DNA from: Sphingomonadaceae bacterium
GTDB lineage: Bacteria; Pseudomonadota; Gammaproteobacteria; Burkholderiales; Burkholderiaceae_D
DNA length: 46,506 nt
Direction: 5' to 3'
Assembly: GCA_041730475.1 (NCBI GenBank)
Contig: JBGSBQ010000001.1
Span: 1 to 46,506, forward strand
Shown here in pieces: positions 1-10,416 of the stretch. Made by a program: the position numbers and the translations under genes. Numbering within the stretch: the first letter of the stretch is position 1; each line of letters opens with the position of its first letter. The notes under the pieces were generated by a model. That model saw nothing but the letters and a program-made list of their open reading frames with translations, was not told the origin of the DNA and searched no databases.

Positions 1-24
1 GTCAGACCCGCCGGGTCTGACCCC
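1..24. repeat. REP-like palindrome GTCAGACCC-gcc-GGGTCTGAC(CCC), truncated by the window start
   Basis: Perfect 9-bp inverted repeat; degenerate half-copy GGGCCAGACCCC at ~80-91. Confidence 0.75.
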
Positions 25-61
25 GGGTCTCGTTCTGGGGTGCAAGCGCGCGCTACGGCAC

Positions 62-79
62 CTTAACTTAGCGGCATTA
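62..79 (-). mobile_element. IS4-like terminal inverted repeat (possible MITE end, no transposase)
   Basis: Minus strand reads TAATGCCGCTAAGTTAAG, 16/18 to the E. coli IS4 end TAATGCCGATCAGTTAAG as I recall it. Confidence 0.5.
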
Positions 80-108
80 GGGCCAGACCCCGATGTTCTG
101 GTCGTCGA

Positions 109-609
109 TTATTCGCGCTGGCTGAGCAATTCGCTGGCGACGGCGGCGCAGGCGTCGACGTGCTGGTAGCCGATCTGGCGGAACACGGCGTAGCCAATCG
201 CCGCCGCGGCCAGCTGGCCGGCAATCGGTACCAGCTTGCCACTCTGGCGCGCCAGCGCTTTCATACCAGTGCGCTTGAATAGCTGGGCCAGCACCTCGCG
301 GGTCACGACCTTGCCCACCAACATGCCACCGGCCCCCACCGCTGCCTCGTAGGCAATCAGCTTGAATTTCGGCGACAGCCGCTCGATTTGCGCCGGGCTC
401 AGGCCAAATTCCTGGTTGATATCATCAATCAGCAACGCAAACAGGCGCACGTCCGTCACCAGATCCAGCCCCGGGATTGGTACCGCCGAAGCTCCGGCCG
501 ACCACAGCGCGCGCCGCCGCACCAGACCCCGGCAGCGCTCGCGCACCGCTGCAATATCGGCCGACGTCGCCGCCACCAGCGTCCAGTCTGTGTCTTTTTT
601 GCTGCCCAT
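109..609 (-). CDS. Hypothetical protein (DUF697/EcsC-like)
   Basis: Start trimmed to MGSKKDT; motifs SAVPIPGLDL and KLVPIAGQLAAAAIG. Confidence 0.7.
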   Translation of the reverse strand: MGSKKDTDWTLVAATSADIAAVRERCRGLVRRRALWSAGASAVPIPGLDLVTDVRLFALLIDDINQEFGLSPAQIERLSPKFKLIAYEAAVGAGGMLVGKVVTREVLAQLFKRTGMKALARQSGKLVPIAGQLAAAAIGYAVFRQIGYQHVDACAAVASELLSQRE

Positions 610-881
610 GGTTCCCTCTGCGCGTCGAAAAAATTCTGCACGACCCTTCAACTGGCGGATTGAATTCGCCCAGCGAGCAGTGTACCTTGACCCGACGAGT
701 TGTATCCGCGCCATACAAATCGGGGTGCTGTCCAATACAACAAGTGTATCCTGAGAAAAATATTTAGTATTTTTACTAATGACCATTGTAAATCTCTGTT
801 ATATTTTAAGTGACTATTCCTTAACATTTGCCAGTGAGTAGCCCGTCACGGCTGCCTGACACCACCACTTGTGTCCCTACC

Positions 882-1571
882 ATGAGAATCGCCGTACTCG
901 ATAATGACCGCAGCCAGGCTGAGCTCATCTGCCAGGTGTTGAGTTCGGCCGGCCACGCCTGCCACAGTTTCCCGACCAGCAAAGACTTGCTGGGCCAGCT
1001 ACGCAAGGACAGTTACGACATGCTGGTGCTGGACTGGCAGGTGGTCGATCTGGGCGCCGCCGAAGTGCTGCGGCGCGCCCGTGAACGGCTGCCGGAGATG
1101 GCGCCGGTGCTGTTCCTGACCACCAGCTCGGGCGAAGATGACATCGTGGCAGGGCTGGCCGCCGGCGCCGACGATTACATGATCAAGCCTCTGCGCCGCA
1201 GTGAAATGGTGGCCCGGGTACAGGCGCTGCTGCGACGCGCCTACCCGGCCCAGAATGGCGCTGAACAATTGCAATTCGGGCAATATGTGTTCGAGACCCG
1301 GCCCGGCCGCCTGCTGATGGATGGCGTGGTGCTGGACGTCACGCACAAGGAGTTTTACCTCGCACTGTTATTTTTCCGCAACATCGGGCGTCCGCTGTCG
1401 CGCGCCTATATCCATGAGGCGGTCTGGATACGTGAAACCGCCGTACCCTCGCGCACCATGGACACCCACGTTTCACGGGTGCGCAACAAATTGCAGCTGA
1501 AGCCGGAAAACGGTTACCGGCTGGTGCCGGTCTACAGCTATGGCTACCGGCTGGAAAAACTCGGGGCCTGA
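882..1571 (+). CDS. OmpR-family response regulator (orphan)
   Basis: Receiver LVLDW, GADDYMIKP; winged helix SRTMDTHVSRVRNKL...YSYGYRL. Confidence 0.93.
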   Translation: MRIAVLDNDRSQAELICQVLSSAGHACHSFPTSKDLLGQLRKDSYDMLVLDWQVVDLGAAEVLRRARERLPEMAPVLFLTTSSGEDDIVAGLAAGADDYMIKPLRRSEMVARVQALLRRAYPAQNGAEQLQFGQYVFETRPGRLLMDGVVLDVTHKEFYLALLFFRNIGRPLSRAYIHEAVWIRETAVPSRTMDTHVSRVRNKLQLKPENGYRLVPVYSYGYRLEKLGA

Positions 1572-1679
1572 CGTTATAGCCCATATCACGCCGTACTGCT
1601 AAAGGTTTAGGCAGATGCGGGGCAGTAGCCGGGCACAACGCGCTATAATGACGGCTACCATCACCGCCTCCACTCCGAA

Positions 1680-2954
1680 ATGCAACTGCTTGCCGTCGGC
1701 CTGAACCACACCACCGCCCCTGTCTCGCTGCGCGAACAGCTGGCGTTCGCCCCTGAGCAACTGGGTCAGGCGGTGATGGCAGCGCGTGGCTGGTTCGAGC
1801 GCATCGGTCCCAACGGCAGTGATGAAGCGGCGATTCTGTCGACCTGCAACCGCACCGAGTTGTACGCCGCCAGTTCGGTCGCCAACCCGCTCGACGCCGG
1901 CGGCCACTTCCTGGCCGATTTCCACCACCTGAATTACGCCGAGCTGCGCCCGCACCTGTACATGCTGCCGCAGCACGAAGCAGTGCGCCACACCTTCCGG
2001 GTCGCCTCCGGGCTCGATTCGATGGTGCTCGGCGAAACCCAGATCCTGGGCCAGATCAAGGACGCGATCCGCACCGCCGATCAGGCGGGCGGCCTCGGCA
2101 CCTATCTGCACCAGCTGTTCCAGCGCAGCTTCTCGGTGGCCAAGGAAGTGCGCAGCACCACCGAAATCGGCGCCCACAGCGTGTCGATGGCGGCCGCTGC
2201 AGTGCGGCTGTCGCAGCGCATCTTCGACAAAATCACCGAGCAGAACGTGCTGTTCATCGGCGCCGGCGAGATGATCGAACTATGCGCCACCCACTTCGCG
2301 GCGCAGAATCCGAAAAGCATCACCATCGCCAACCGCACCATGGAGCGCGGCGAAGTGCTGGCACACCGTTTCAACGGCAAGGCGATCCGGCTGGCCGAAC
2401 TGGCTGATCAACTGCAGCAGTTCGACATCGTCATCTCCTGCACCGCCTCAACCTTGCCGCTGATCGGTCTGGGGCTGGTGGAACGCGCCATCAAGGCCCG
2501 TCGCCACAAGCCGATGTTCATGGTCGACCTGGCCGTGCCGCGCGATATCGAGCCGGAAGTGGCGCGCCTCAGCGACGTATTCATGTACACCGTCGACGAC
2601 CTCGGCAAAGTGGTCCAGACCGGCATCGAAAACCGTCAGGCCGCCGTGGCGCAGGCCGAAGCGATCATCGAAACCCGGGTCCAATCCTTCATGCACTGGG
2701 TCGACGACCGTGCCGTGGTGCCGGTGATCCAGAGCCTGCACGAAAACGGCGAAGCCCTGCGCCAGATCGAACTGGAGCGGGCCCGCAAAATGCTGGCCAA
2801 GGGCGACGATATCGACGCCGTGCTGGAAGCACTGTCCAAGGGCCTGACCGCCAAATTCATGCATGGCCCGCAGCAGGCGCTGCACCGGGCCCAGGGCGAT
2901 GAACGGGCCCATCTGGCCACGCTGCTGCCACAGCTGTTCCGCGGCCGCCGTTAG
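1680..2954 (+). CDS. hemA: Glutamyl-tRNA reductase
   Basis: [32 protein letters not shown]. Confidence 0.98.
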   Translation: MQLLAVGLNHTTAPVSLREQLAFAPEQLGQAVMAARGWFERIGPNGSDEAAILSTCNRTELYAASSVANPLDAGGHFLADFHHLNYAELRPHLYMLPQHEAVRHTFRVASGLDSMVLGETQILGQIKDAIRTADQAGGLGTYLHQLFQRSFSVAKEVRSTTEIGAHSVSMAAAAVRLSQRIFDKITEQNVLFIGAGEMIELCATHFAAQNPKSITIANRTMERGEVLAHRFNGKAIRLAELADQLQQFDIVISCTASTLPLIGLGLVERAIKARRHKPMFMVDLAVPRDIEPEVARLSDVFMYTVDDLGKVVQTGIENRQAAVAQAEAIIETRVQSFMHWVDDRAVVPVIQSLHENGEALRQIELERARKMLAKGDDIDAVLEALSKGLTAKFMHGPQQALHRAQGDERAHLATLLPQLFRGRR

Positions 2955-3041
2955 CGCCGCCGTCGTGCCCGCGCGCCGCCCATGCGGTGCTGCCGTCCCC
3001 CTGTGGCGGCGCCCGCCCCGATCACTTTTACCGAATACGCT

Positions 3042-4118
3042 ATGAAACCATCAATGCTGGCCAAGCTGGACCAACTCGCCAACCGTTTGGTCGAACTGGA
3101 TGAACTGCTGATGTCCGAGGGCGCGACCAGCAATATGGACAGCTACCGCAAAATGACGCGCGAGCACGCCGAACTGGGCCCGCTGGTGGCGCTGTACCAT
3201 GATTATCAGACCGCTGCCGGCGACATCGTGGCGGCGCAGGACATGCTGTCCGATCCGGAAATGAAGGATTTCGCGCAGGAAGAAGTGGAAGCGGCCAAGG
3301 CCCGCATGGCGACGCTGGAACTGGAACTGCAGAAGATGCTGCTGCCCAAGGATGCCAATGACGAGCGCAACATCTTCCTCGAAATCCGCGCCGGCACCGG
3401 CGGTGACGAATCGGCCCTGTTCGCCGGCGACCTGCTGCGCATGTACACCCGCTTCGCCGAACGCAATCGCTGGCAGGTGGAAGTGGTGTCGGAATCGCCG
3501 TCCGATCTGGGCGGCTACCGCGAGGTGATCGTGCGTCTGGTCGGCAACAGCGTGTATTCCAAGCTGAAGTTTGAATCGGGCGGGCACCGGGTGCAGCGGG
3601 TGCCTGCCACCGAAACCCAGGGCCGCATCCATACCTCGGCCTGCACGGTGGCGGTGATGCCGGAAGCGGACGAGGTGGAAGATGTCAACATCAATCCGGC
3701 CGACCTGCGCATCGACACCTTCCGCGCCTCTGGCGCCGGTGGTCAGCACATCAACAAGACCGATTCGGCCGTGCGCCTGACCCACTTGCCAACCGGCATC
3801 GTGGTCGAATGCCAGGATGACCGTTCGCAGCACAAGAACAAGGCGCAGGCCATGAAAGTGCTGGCGGCGCGCATCAAGGATGTGCAGCTGCGCGAGCAGC
3901 AGTCGAAGGAAGCGGCCACGCGCAAGAGCCTGATCGGCTCGGGCGACCGCAGCGAGCGCATCCGCACCTACAACTTCCCGCAGGGCCGGATGACCGATCA
4001 CCGCATCAACCTGACGCTGTACAAGCTCGATTTCATCATGGATGGCGAGCTGACCGAGCTGACCAACGCGCTGGCCGCCGAACACCAGGCCGAGCTGCTG
4101 GCGGCGCTGGGCGATTAA
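3042..4118 (+). CDS. prfA: Peptide chain release factor 1
   Basis: GGQ motif, PAT tripeptide (RVPATE), follows hemA. Confidence 0.98.
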   Translation: MKPSMLAKLDQLANRLVELDELLMSEGATSNMDSYRKMTREHAELGPLVALYHDYQTAAGDIVAAQDMLSDPEMKDFAQEEVEAAKARMATLELELQKMLLPKDANDERNIFLEIRAGTGGDESALFAGDLLRMYTRFAERNRWQVEVVSESPSDLGGYREVIVRLVGNSVYSKLKFESGGHRVQRVPATETQGRIHTSACTVAVMPEADEVEDVNINPADLRIDTFRASGAGGQHINKTDSAVRLTHLPTGIVVECQDDRSQHKNKAQAMKVLAARIKDVQLREQQSKEAATRKSLIGSGDRSERIRTYNFPQGRMTDHRINLTLYKLDFIMDGELTELTNALAAEHQAELLAALGD

Positions 4119-4187
4119 TCACCGGCTAAGCTTGGCTCGCAGACTTTATGCGAGAATAAGCCGCCCTTTGACTCTACCGATCTGACC

Positions 4188-4658
4188 ATGATGCCTACGC
4201 GTTCCCTGCTGCTCTCCATCGCCTTCGCCTGCCTCGGCCTGATCGGCGTCGCCCTGTACCTGCAGCACGGGCTGGACATGCTGCCCTGCCCGCTGTGCGT
4301 GATCCAGCGCTACCTGTTCCTGGCGCTGGCCCTGTTCTGCCTGATCGGCGCCTTCAGCAGCAAGCCGAAGCTGGGCGCCGGCCTCGGCCTGCTGGCGGCG
4401 CTGGGCGGTCTCGGCACCGCCGGCAAGCACCTGTGGGTGCTGGCCCATCCCGGCCTGTCGTGCGGCATCGATCCGATGGAGACCATGCTCAACAAAATCC
4501 CCACCGCCACCTACCTGCCGTTCCTGTTCCAGGCCGACGGCCTGTGCGAAGACGCGCTGGCGCCATGGTTCGGGCTGTCGATCCCGCAATGGTCGTTCCT
4601 GTGGTTTGGCCTGTTCACGCTGGCACTGGCGTGGCTGCTGATGCGCCGCCGCGCCTGA
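4188..4658 (+). CDS. dsbB: Disulfide bond formation protein B
   Basis: PCPLCVIQR, four hydrophobic segments, second Cys pair. Confidence 0.9.
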   Translation: MMPTRSLLLSIAFACLGLIGVALYLQHGLDMLPCPLCVIQRYLFLALALFCLIGAFSSKPKLGAGLGLLAALGGLGTAGKHLWVLAHPGLSCGIDPMETMLNKIPTATYLPFLFQADGLCEDALAPWFGLSIPQWSFLWFGLFTLALAWLLMRRRA

Positions 4659-4674
4659 GCCGCTGCGCCTGCCC

Positions 4675-5517
4675 ATGTCCATCCTGAGCACGCCCGACCA
4701 GATCCGCGCCGGCTGCACGCTGGCCGCACTGCAACGCCAGACGCTGCTGGAGCCGCTCGACCTGCGCATCCTGCTGTGCCACGCGCTGGCGCTCAGCCGC
4801 GTCAGCCTGATCACCCAGTCGGAACGGGCCCTCAGCGCGACCGAAGCCGAGCAGTTGCGCACGCTGGTGCAGCGCCGGCTGGACGGTGAACCGATTGCCT
4901 ACCTCGTCGGCCAGCGCGAATTCTTCGGCCTGCCGCTGGAAGTCAGTGCCGCCGTGCTGATCCCCCGTCCCGATACCGAACTGCTGGTGGAACTGAGCAT
5001 CGAGCGTCTGCCGCCCGGCGGCCGCGCGCTCGACATGGGCACCGGCAGCGGTGCGATTGCCATCGCGCTGGCCCACAGCCGGGGCGATGCCGCCGTCAGC
5101 GCGCTTGATGTCAGTGCCGACGCGCTGGCCGTGGCACGCCGCAATGCCAGCGCCAACGGCGTCAACGTCACCTTCATGCAGAGCGACTGGTATGGCGCGC
5201 TGGGGTCGGAACGCTTCGACCTGATCGCCTCCAACCCGCCGTATATCGCCAGCGGCGACCGCCATCTGTCCGAAGGCGACCTGCGCTTCGAGCCGGTCGG
5301 CGCGCTGACCGACCATGCCGACGGCCTGTCGGCGCTGCGCCAGATCATCGCCGGCGCGCCGCGCTACCTGCAGCCACAAGGCTGGCTGCTGATGGAACAC
5401 GGCTACGACCAGGCCGCCGCCGTGCGCGCACTGCTGACGGCCGGCGGCTACCGCGACGTGCACAGCTGGACCGATCTGGCCGGCATCGAACGGGTCACGG
5501 GCGGCCGCCTGCCCTGA
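4675..5517 (+). CDS. prmC: Release factor glutamine methyltransferase
   Basis: [20 protein letters not shown]. Confidence 0.97.
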   Translation: MSILSTPDQIRAGCTLAALQRQTLLEPLDLRILLCHALALSRVSLITQSERALSATEAEQLRTLVQRRLDGEPIAYLVGQREFFGLPLEVSAAVLIPRPDTELLVELSIERLPPGGRALDMGTGSGAIAIALAHSRGDAAVSALDVSADALAVARRNASANGVNVTFMQSDWYGALGSERFDLIASNPPYIASGDRHLSEGDLRFEPVGALTDHADGLSALRQIIAGAPRYLQPQGWLLMEHGYDQAAAVRALLTAGGYRDVHSWTDLAGIERVTGGRLP

Positions 5518-5740
5518 GCGGGCAGAAACCCGACAAGGCGGGCCGTTGACGACTGTTCGACGCCATTTCAGCGCGCTTTCCAACTCTTTTTCAACTCTTT
5601 GCTACACTACCAGCCGGTTCCTGCCAACGCGGGTGCTCTGCCGGGCGGCGCTCACGCTTTTTGCAGAGGCGCCGGCGCGCTTGGCCGTTTTCGGTTACTC
5701 TCGCACCTCATTTGTTTGCTGCACTGAAAGGAAGGCTAAA

Positions 5741-7348
5741 TTGTCCAATCTACTGACTCGCCGTCTGGCCTTGCTGGCCACGCCAGAACACCGCTCGGTG
5801 CTGGGCGGCTTGCGCGGCATCGAGCGAGAAACGCTGCGGGTTGAACCGAACGGCCATCTGGCCGCGACCCCGCACCCGGTCGCGCTGGGCAGCGCGCTGA
5901 CGCATCCGCAAATCACCACCGATTACGCTGAAACGCTGCTGGAATTCATCACCCCGGCCGAACCCGACATCGCCGTCACGCTGCAGGAACTGGACGATAT
6001 CCACCGCTACGCCTACAGCAAGCTGGGCGACGAGCTGCTGTGGAGCCAGTCCATGCCGTGCCAGCTGCCGGGCGAAGAAGAGATCGAAATCGCCTGGTAC
6101 GGCAGCTCCAATCTGGGCATGCTCAAGCATGTGTACCGGCGCGGCCTGGCGCAGCGCTATGGCAAGGCCATGCAATGCATCGCCGGCATCCATTACAACT
6201 ACTCGCTGAACGAGGACCTGTGGCAGGTGCTGGCCAACGCGGAAGCGGAGCCGGGCGTCAAGCGCCAGTCGGCCAAGGCTTACCAGTCAGAGCGCTATCT
6301 GGCCACGATCCGCAACTTCCGCCGCTACAGCTGGCTGCTGATGTATCTGTTCGGTGCCTCGCCGGTGCTGGCCAGCAGCTTCCTGCGCGGCCGCCCGCAC
6401 AAGCTGGAACAGCTGTCGGACGACACCCTGTACCTGCCGTATGCGACCAGCCTGCGGATGAGCGATCTGGGCTACCAGAACGACGCCCAATCCGGCCTGA
6501 GCCCGCACGAAAACTGCCTCGACAGCTATGTCGCGGCGCTGACCAAGGCCGTCAACCAGCCGTATGAACCGTATGCCAAGCTGGGCACCAAGAACGCCGC
6601 CGGCGCATGGACCCAGCTCAGCACCAACGTGCTGCAGATCGAGAACGAGTACTACTCGACCATCCGTCCCAAGCGCGTGATCCGCACCGGCGAACGGCCG
6701 ATCCAGGCGCTGTGCGCGCGCGGCGTGCAATATATCGAAGTGCGCTGCATGGATGTCGATCCGTTCGAGCCGGTCGGCATCAGCCTCGCCAGCGGCCGCT
6801 TCCTGGACGCCTTCCTGCTGTTCTGCGCGCTGGAAGATAGCGCACCGATCTCGAGCGAAGAAGGCTTGCGCTACACCGACAACTTCGCCCGCACCGTCAA
6901 GGAAGGCCGCCGTCCCGGCCTGCTGCTGAACGATGGCACGCGCGAGCTGACGCTGCAAGCGTGGGGCGAAGAACTGCTGCAGCGCATCGCCCCGGTGGCG
7001 GCGCTGCTGGATGCGCAACGCGGCGACCAAGCCCACGCCGACGCACTGGCGCAGGCAGCCGCCAAGCTGGCCGATCCAGACCTGACGCCATCGGCCCAGG
7101 TGCTGGCGGCGCTGCGCGCGCACGGCAACTCCTTCGCCGCCTTCGGGCTGGCGCAGAGCCAGCGCCACGCCGCCTACTTCCGCAGCCAGCCGCCGAGCGT
7201 GGAGCAGGCGGCCCGCTTCGACCAGCTGGCGCAAGCCTCGCTGGACGAGCAGGCGGCGATGGAAGCGGCGCCACATGGCGACTTCGACGATTATGTGGCG
7301 GCCTACCGCGCCAGCAATTTGTGCCACTCTGACACCGACTGCGAGTAA
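5741..7348 (+). CDS. gshA: Glutamate-cysteine ligase
   Basis: [38 protein letters not shown]; TTG start after GAAAGGAAGG. Confidence 0.96.
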   Translation: MSNLLTRRLALLATPEHRSVLGGLRGIERETLRVEPNGHLAATPHPVALGSALTHPQITTDYAETLLEFITPAEPDIAVTLQELDDIHRYAYSKLGDELLWSQSMPCQLPGEEEIEIAWYGSSNLGMLKHVYRRGLAQRYGKAMQCIAGIHYNYSLNEDLWQVLANAEAEPGVKRQSAKAYQSERYLATIRNFRRYSWLLMYLFGASPVLASSFLRGRPHKLEQLSDDTLYLPYATSLRMSDLGYQNDAQSGLSPHENCLDSYVAALTKAVNQPYEPYAKLGTKNAAGAWTQLSTNVLQIENEYYSTIRPKRVIRTGERPIQALCARGVQYIEVRCMDVDPFEPVGISLASGRFLDAFLLFCALEDSAPISSEEGLRYTDNFARTVKEGRRPGLLLNDGTRELTLQAWGEELLQRIAPVAALLDAQRGDQAHADALAQAAAKLADPDLTPSAQVLAALRAHGNSFAAFGLAQSQRHAAYFRSQPPSVEQAARFDQLAQASLDEQAAMEAAPHGDFDDYVAAYRASNLCHSDTDCE

Positions 7349-7382
7349 ACTGACGCTCTGACCGCTCCTGCCCGAGGCCCCC

Positions 7383-8426
7383 TTGCTCACTTTCTATAAC
7401 GAATTTCACAGCCAGCACCGGGGCCGCTTCGAAATCTTTCGCGGCGAGATGGTGCCCTGCTTCGAACAGCCGGCCCGGGTCGACAGCGTGCTGGCCGAGC
7501 TGGGCCGGCGCGGTCTGGGCAAGATCGTCACGCCGCATGGGGTGCCGCTGATGTCGCTGGAGCGGGTGCACACGCCGCGCTACCTGCAGTTCCTGCGCGG
7601 GGCCTGGAATGAATGGCTGGCGCTGGACCCGGCGAATGCGGCCAGGGACGCCTTCCCCGCCGTGTGGCCGGTGCGCACGCTGCGCGACGATATCGAACCG
7701 GACAACTTCTGCGCCAAGCTGGGCCTGTATTCGATGGACAGCGGCACGCCGCTGACGGCCGGTACCTGGACCGCCGCCAAGGCCGGCGCCGATTGCGCCG
7801 TCAACGCCGCCCACGCGCTGCGGCTCGGCGAACGCAGCGCCTTCGTGCTGACGCGGCCGCCGGGCCACCATGCCGGCGCCGACTTCTTCGGCGGTTACTG
7901 CTTCCTCAACAACGCCGCGCTGGCGGCCCAGCACCTGCTGGACGACGGTGCGCGCCGGGTCGCCATCCTCGACCTTGATTACCACCACGGCAACGGCACC
8001 CAAAGCATCTTCTACCAGCGCGACGATGTGCTGTTCATCTCGCTGCACGCCGATCCGCGCTTTGAATACCCGTTCTACCTCGGCCACGCCGACGAAAAAG
8101 GTGCCGGGGCTGGCCTCGGCTACAACATGAATTTGCCGCTGCCGTCCGGCACCACCAGCACGGCCTGGTTTGCGGCGCTGGAAACCGCCTGCATCCGCCT
8201 CGGCAGCTACGCGCCGGAAGCGCTGGTGGTATCGCTGGGCGTAGACACCTTTGGCGGCGATCCGCTCAGCCACTTCCAGCTGCACAGCGCCGATTACCTG
8301 CGCGTCGGCGAGCGGCTGGCCTATCTGGGCCTGCCGACCGCGTTCGTGTTCGAGGGCGGCTATGCGGTCAAGGAACTGGGCGTCAATGTGGTAAATGTAC
8401 TGGAAGGCTTTGAGACGGCGCTGTAA
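7383..8426 (+). CDS. Histone deacetylase family / acetylpolyamine amidohydrolase-like protein
   Basis: RPPGHHA, GGYCFLNN, DLDYHHGNGTQ, EGGY. Confidence 0.92.
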   Translation: MLTFYNEFHSQHRGRFEIFRGEMVPCFEQPARVDSVLAELGRRGLGKIVTPHGVPLMSLERVHTPRYLQFLRGAWNEWLALDPANAARDAFPAVWPVRTLRDDIEPDNFCAKLGLYSMDSGTPLTAGTWTAAKAGADCAVNAAHALRLGERSAFVLTRPPGHHAGADFFGGYCFLNNAALAAQHLLDDGARRVAILDLDYHHGNGTQSIFYQRDDVLFISLHADPRFEYPFYLGHADEKGAGAGLGYNMNLPLPSGTTSTAWFAALETACIRLGSYAPEALVVSLGVDTFGGDPLSHFQLHSADYLRVGERLAYLGLPTAFVFEGGYAVKELGVNVVNVLEGFETAL

Positions 8427-10269
8427 CGCCCTGCTGCGCCGCCAGGATGGTCGCCAGCGGTAGCGGCCGGGCGAACAGGAAACCCTGAATCTGGGTGCAC
8501 GCGGTCTGCTCGACACGGGTCAGCTGGGCCGCCGTTTCCACCCCTTCGACCACCACCCGGCACTGCAAGTCCTGGCCCAGCTTGCAGATGCTGGTCAGCA
8601 GCAAAAAGCTTTTTTCATCCTGCTCGATGCTGGCGATGAAGCTGCGGTCGATCTTGATTTCGTCAAAGTGCATCGAGCGCAAGAAACTCAGCGAAGAAAA
8701 GCCGGACCCGAAGTCATCGAGCGAAATCTGAATCCCCAGCTGCTGCAATTCGCGGCACACGCGCCGGATGCGCTCGACATCGATGGCAAACACTTCTTCG
8801 GTGATTTCGATGATCAGGCGGGTCGGGTCGATGCCGGAACGCTGCACCAGTTGGGTCAGGTCACTGACGAACTCGGGCGACAGGAACAGCGGCGGCGACA
8901 CATTCGCCGCCACCTTGGTCTCGGCGCCGAAGGCCTGCACCAGCGCCGGGATGTCGTCGATGATACGGCGCAGCATCAGCATGCCGAATTCCGCCATCCA
9001 GCCTTCTTCATGTAGCACCGGAATGAACACGCCGGGGCCGGGCACCTCGGCGCCACCGCTGATGCGCGCCAGCGCTTCAAAGCCGGCATTACGATGGCTG
9101 CTGCTGTGCACCTTGGCCTGGTACACCGGATAAAAGCCGTTGTGGTCGAGCGCGTGACGAATCTGCTGCTTGAGTACCAGACTAGCCTGCATCTGGCGCG
9201 CCATGTCGGCCGAGAATGGCAGGCAGCCGGCAAAATCCTGGGCCGGCATCATGCTCAGCGCCACCTGGATATTCTTCATCAGCTCGCGGTAGCTGGCACC
9301 ATCGCGCGGCGCACTGACGCTGGCGGCACCCGGCACGATGCCGAAGCGGGCCAGCGCCGGATCGGCCAGCACACACTGGCGGGCACGCTGGTACAGCGCT
9401 TCGCTATCGGCCACGTCGCGCGCCCATAGCGCAAACTGGGCCCCGTCCAGCTTGGCCAGCAGGTGGCCGGCCGGCATACCCGCCGTCAGCGCCTGCGCGA
9501 TGCGGCGCAATTGCTCATCGCGCTCCTTGCCGCCGTGGATCGCATGGAACAGCTCCATGCCGCTTAACTGCAGCACCAGCAGGCAGCCGCTGCGGCCAGC
9601 GGCCAGGTCCGCATCGATGTTTTTTTCCAGAGAGCGCTCATTGCCCAGGCCGGTACCTTCATCGTGGAAAGCATACTGCTCGAGCCGGGCATTCGCCCCT
9701 TCCAACAGACCGATGTGGCGCAGCAGGCGCGCCTTCAGTTCATGGATGGTGCCGCCGATGGCCACGCTCATCAGTGCCATGCACATGGCCAGGATCAGCC
9801 AAGCGCTGGCGGCATTCTCGGCCTGCACGGTAAAGGGCGGAATCACCACCCAGTGCAGCTGGATCAGCACGGTGATCAGCACCAGTCCCAGCACCGCCAG
9901 CAGCGGGATCAGCATGGCGCGCCGCAGCGGCCAGTGGGCGAAGGCCACCGCCAGCACGCCGCCCATCACCATATAGCCATCCGGCGCATACGGGTTCTGC
10001 ACCATCGACGTCAGGGCGATCACCATCCCGGTCAGCAACATCAGCACCAGCTTGAGCTGGATACTCAGGTGCCGTCGGCACAGTAACAAGCCGCCGAGGA
10101 AGACCGCCGAGGCCGAGTCGACCAGCATCGAAATCGGAAAAATATGCGCCTGGTATTCGGCCAGTCCGCTGGCGCCGGCGATCATGGTGGCACACAGCAG
10201 GATCTTGTCGACCAGTCCGGGGCTCATCTGGTAATACGCGCTCGGCGCTGGGTCTGGCGTTGCAGGCAT
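8383..10269 (-). CDS. Membrane-anchored degenerate-GGDEF/EAL protein, probable c-di-GMP phosphodiesterase
   Basis: ~6 N-terminal TM segments; GGDEF degenerate (KLDGAQF); EAL, EITE, DDFGSGFSS, KIDRSF, EGVE, QGF intact; start trimmed to MPATPDP. Confidence 0.88.
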   Translation of the reverse strand: MPATPDPAPSAYYQMSPGLVDKILLCATMIAGASGLAEYQAHIFPISMLVDSASAVFLGGLLLCRRHLSIQLKLVLMLLTGMVIALTSMVQNPYAPDGYMVMGGVLAVAFAHWPLRRAMLIPLLAVLGLVLITVLIQLHWVVIPPFTVQAENAASAWLILAMCMALMSVAIGGTIHELKARLLRHIGLLEGANARLEQYAFHDEGTGLGNERSLEKNIDADLAAGRSGCLLVLQLSGMELFHAIHGGKERDEQLRRIAQALTAGMPAGHLLAKLDGAQFALWARDVADSEALYQRARQCVLADPALARFGIVPGAASVSAPRDGASYRELMKNIQVALSMMPAQDFAGCLPFSADMARQMQASLVLKQQIRHALDHNGFYPVYQAKVHSSSHRNAGFEALARISGGAEVPGPGVFIPVLHEEGWMAEFGMLMLRRIIDDIPALVQAFGAETKVAANVSPPLFLSPEFVSDLTQLVQRSGIDPTRLIIEITEEVFAIDVERIRRVCRELQQLGIQISLDDFGSGFSSLSFLRSMHFDEIKIDRSFIASIEQDEKSFLLLTSICKLGQDLQCRVVVEGVETAAQLTRVEQTACTQIQGFLFARPLPLATILAAQQGVTAPSQSLPVHLPH

Positions 10270-10354
10270 GGTGGACACTGTCGTGAATTCGCAATGGATA
10301 CGGGAGTACTGGCTTGTCAGTCTAGCCGATTCTGCCCCAGTACAGTCAGCAGCG

Positions 10355-10368
10355 TTGCGGCCCCGCAA
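10355..10368. promoter_or_regulatory. Palindrome TTGCGG-cc-CCGCAA in the divergent EAL/trpD-like intergenic region
   Basis: Perfect 6-bp arms with a 2-bp spacer. Confidence 0.35.
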
Positions 10369-10416
10369 AACTGTGTCAGAATGTGGACATATCGACATCC
10401 TATTGAGAGTGCATCG

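Noticed and set aside
3051-8516. Long antisense ORFs (3051-4085, 4615-5583, 6287-7390, 6897-8516) and similar ones elsewhere
   Set aside because: Expected shadows of real genes in high-GC DNA; no motifs
10270-10416. c-di-GMP-I or ZTP riboswitch upstream of the EAL gene
   Set aside because: Consensus elements not found by eye on either strand
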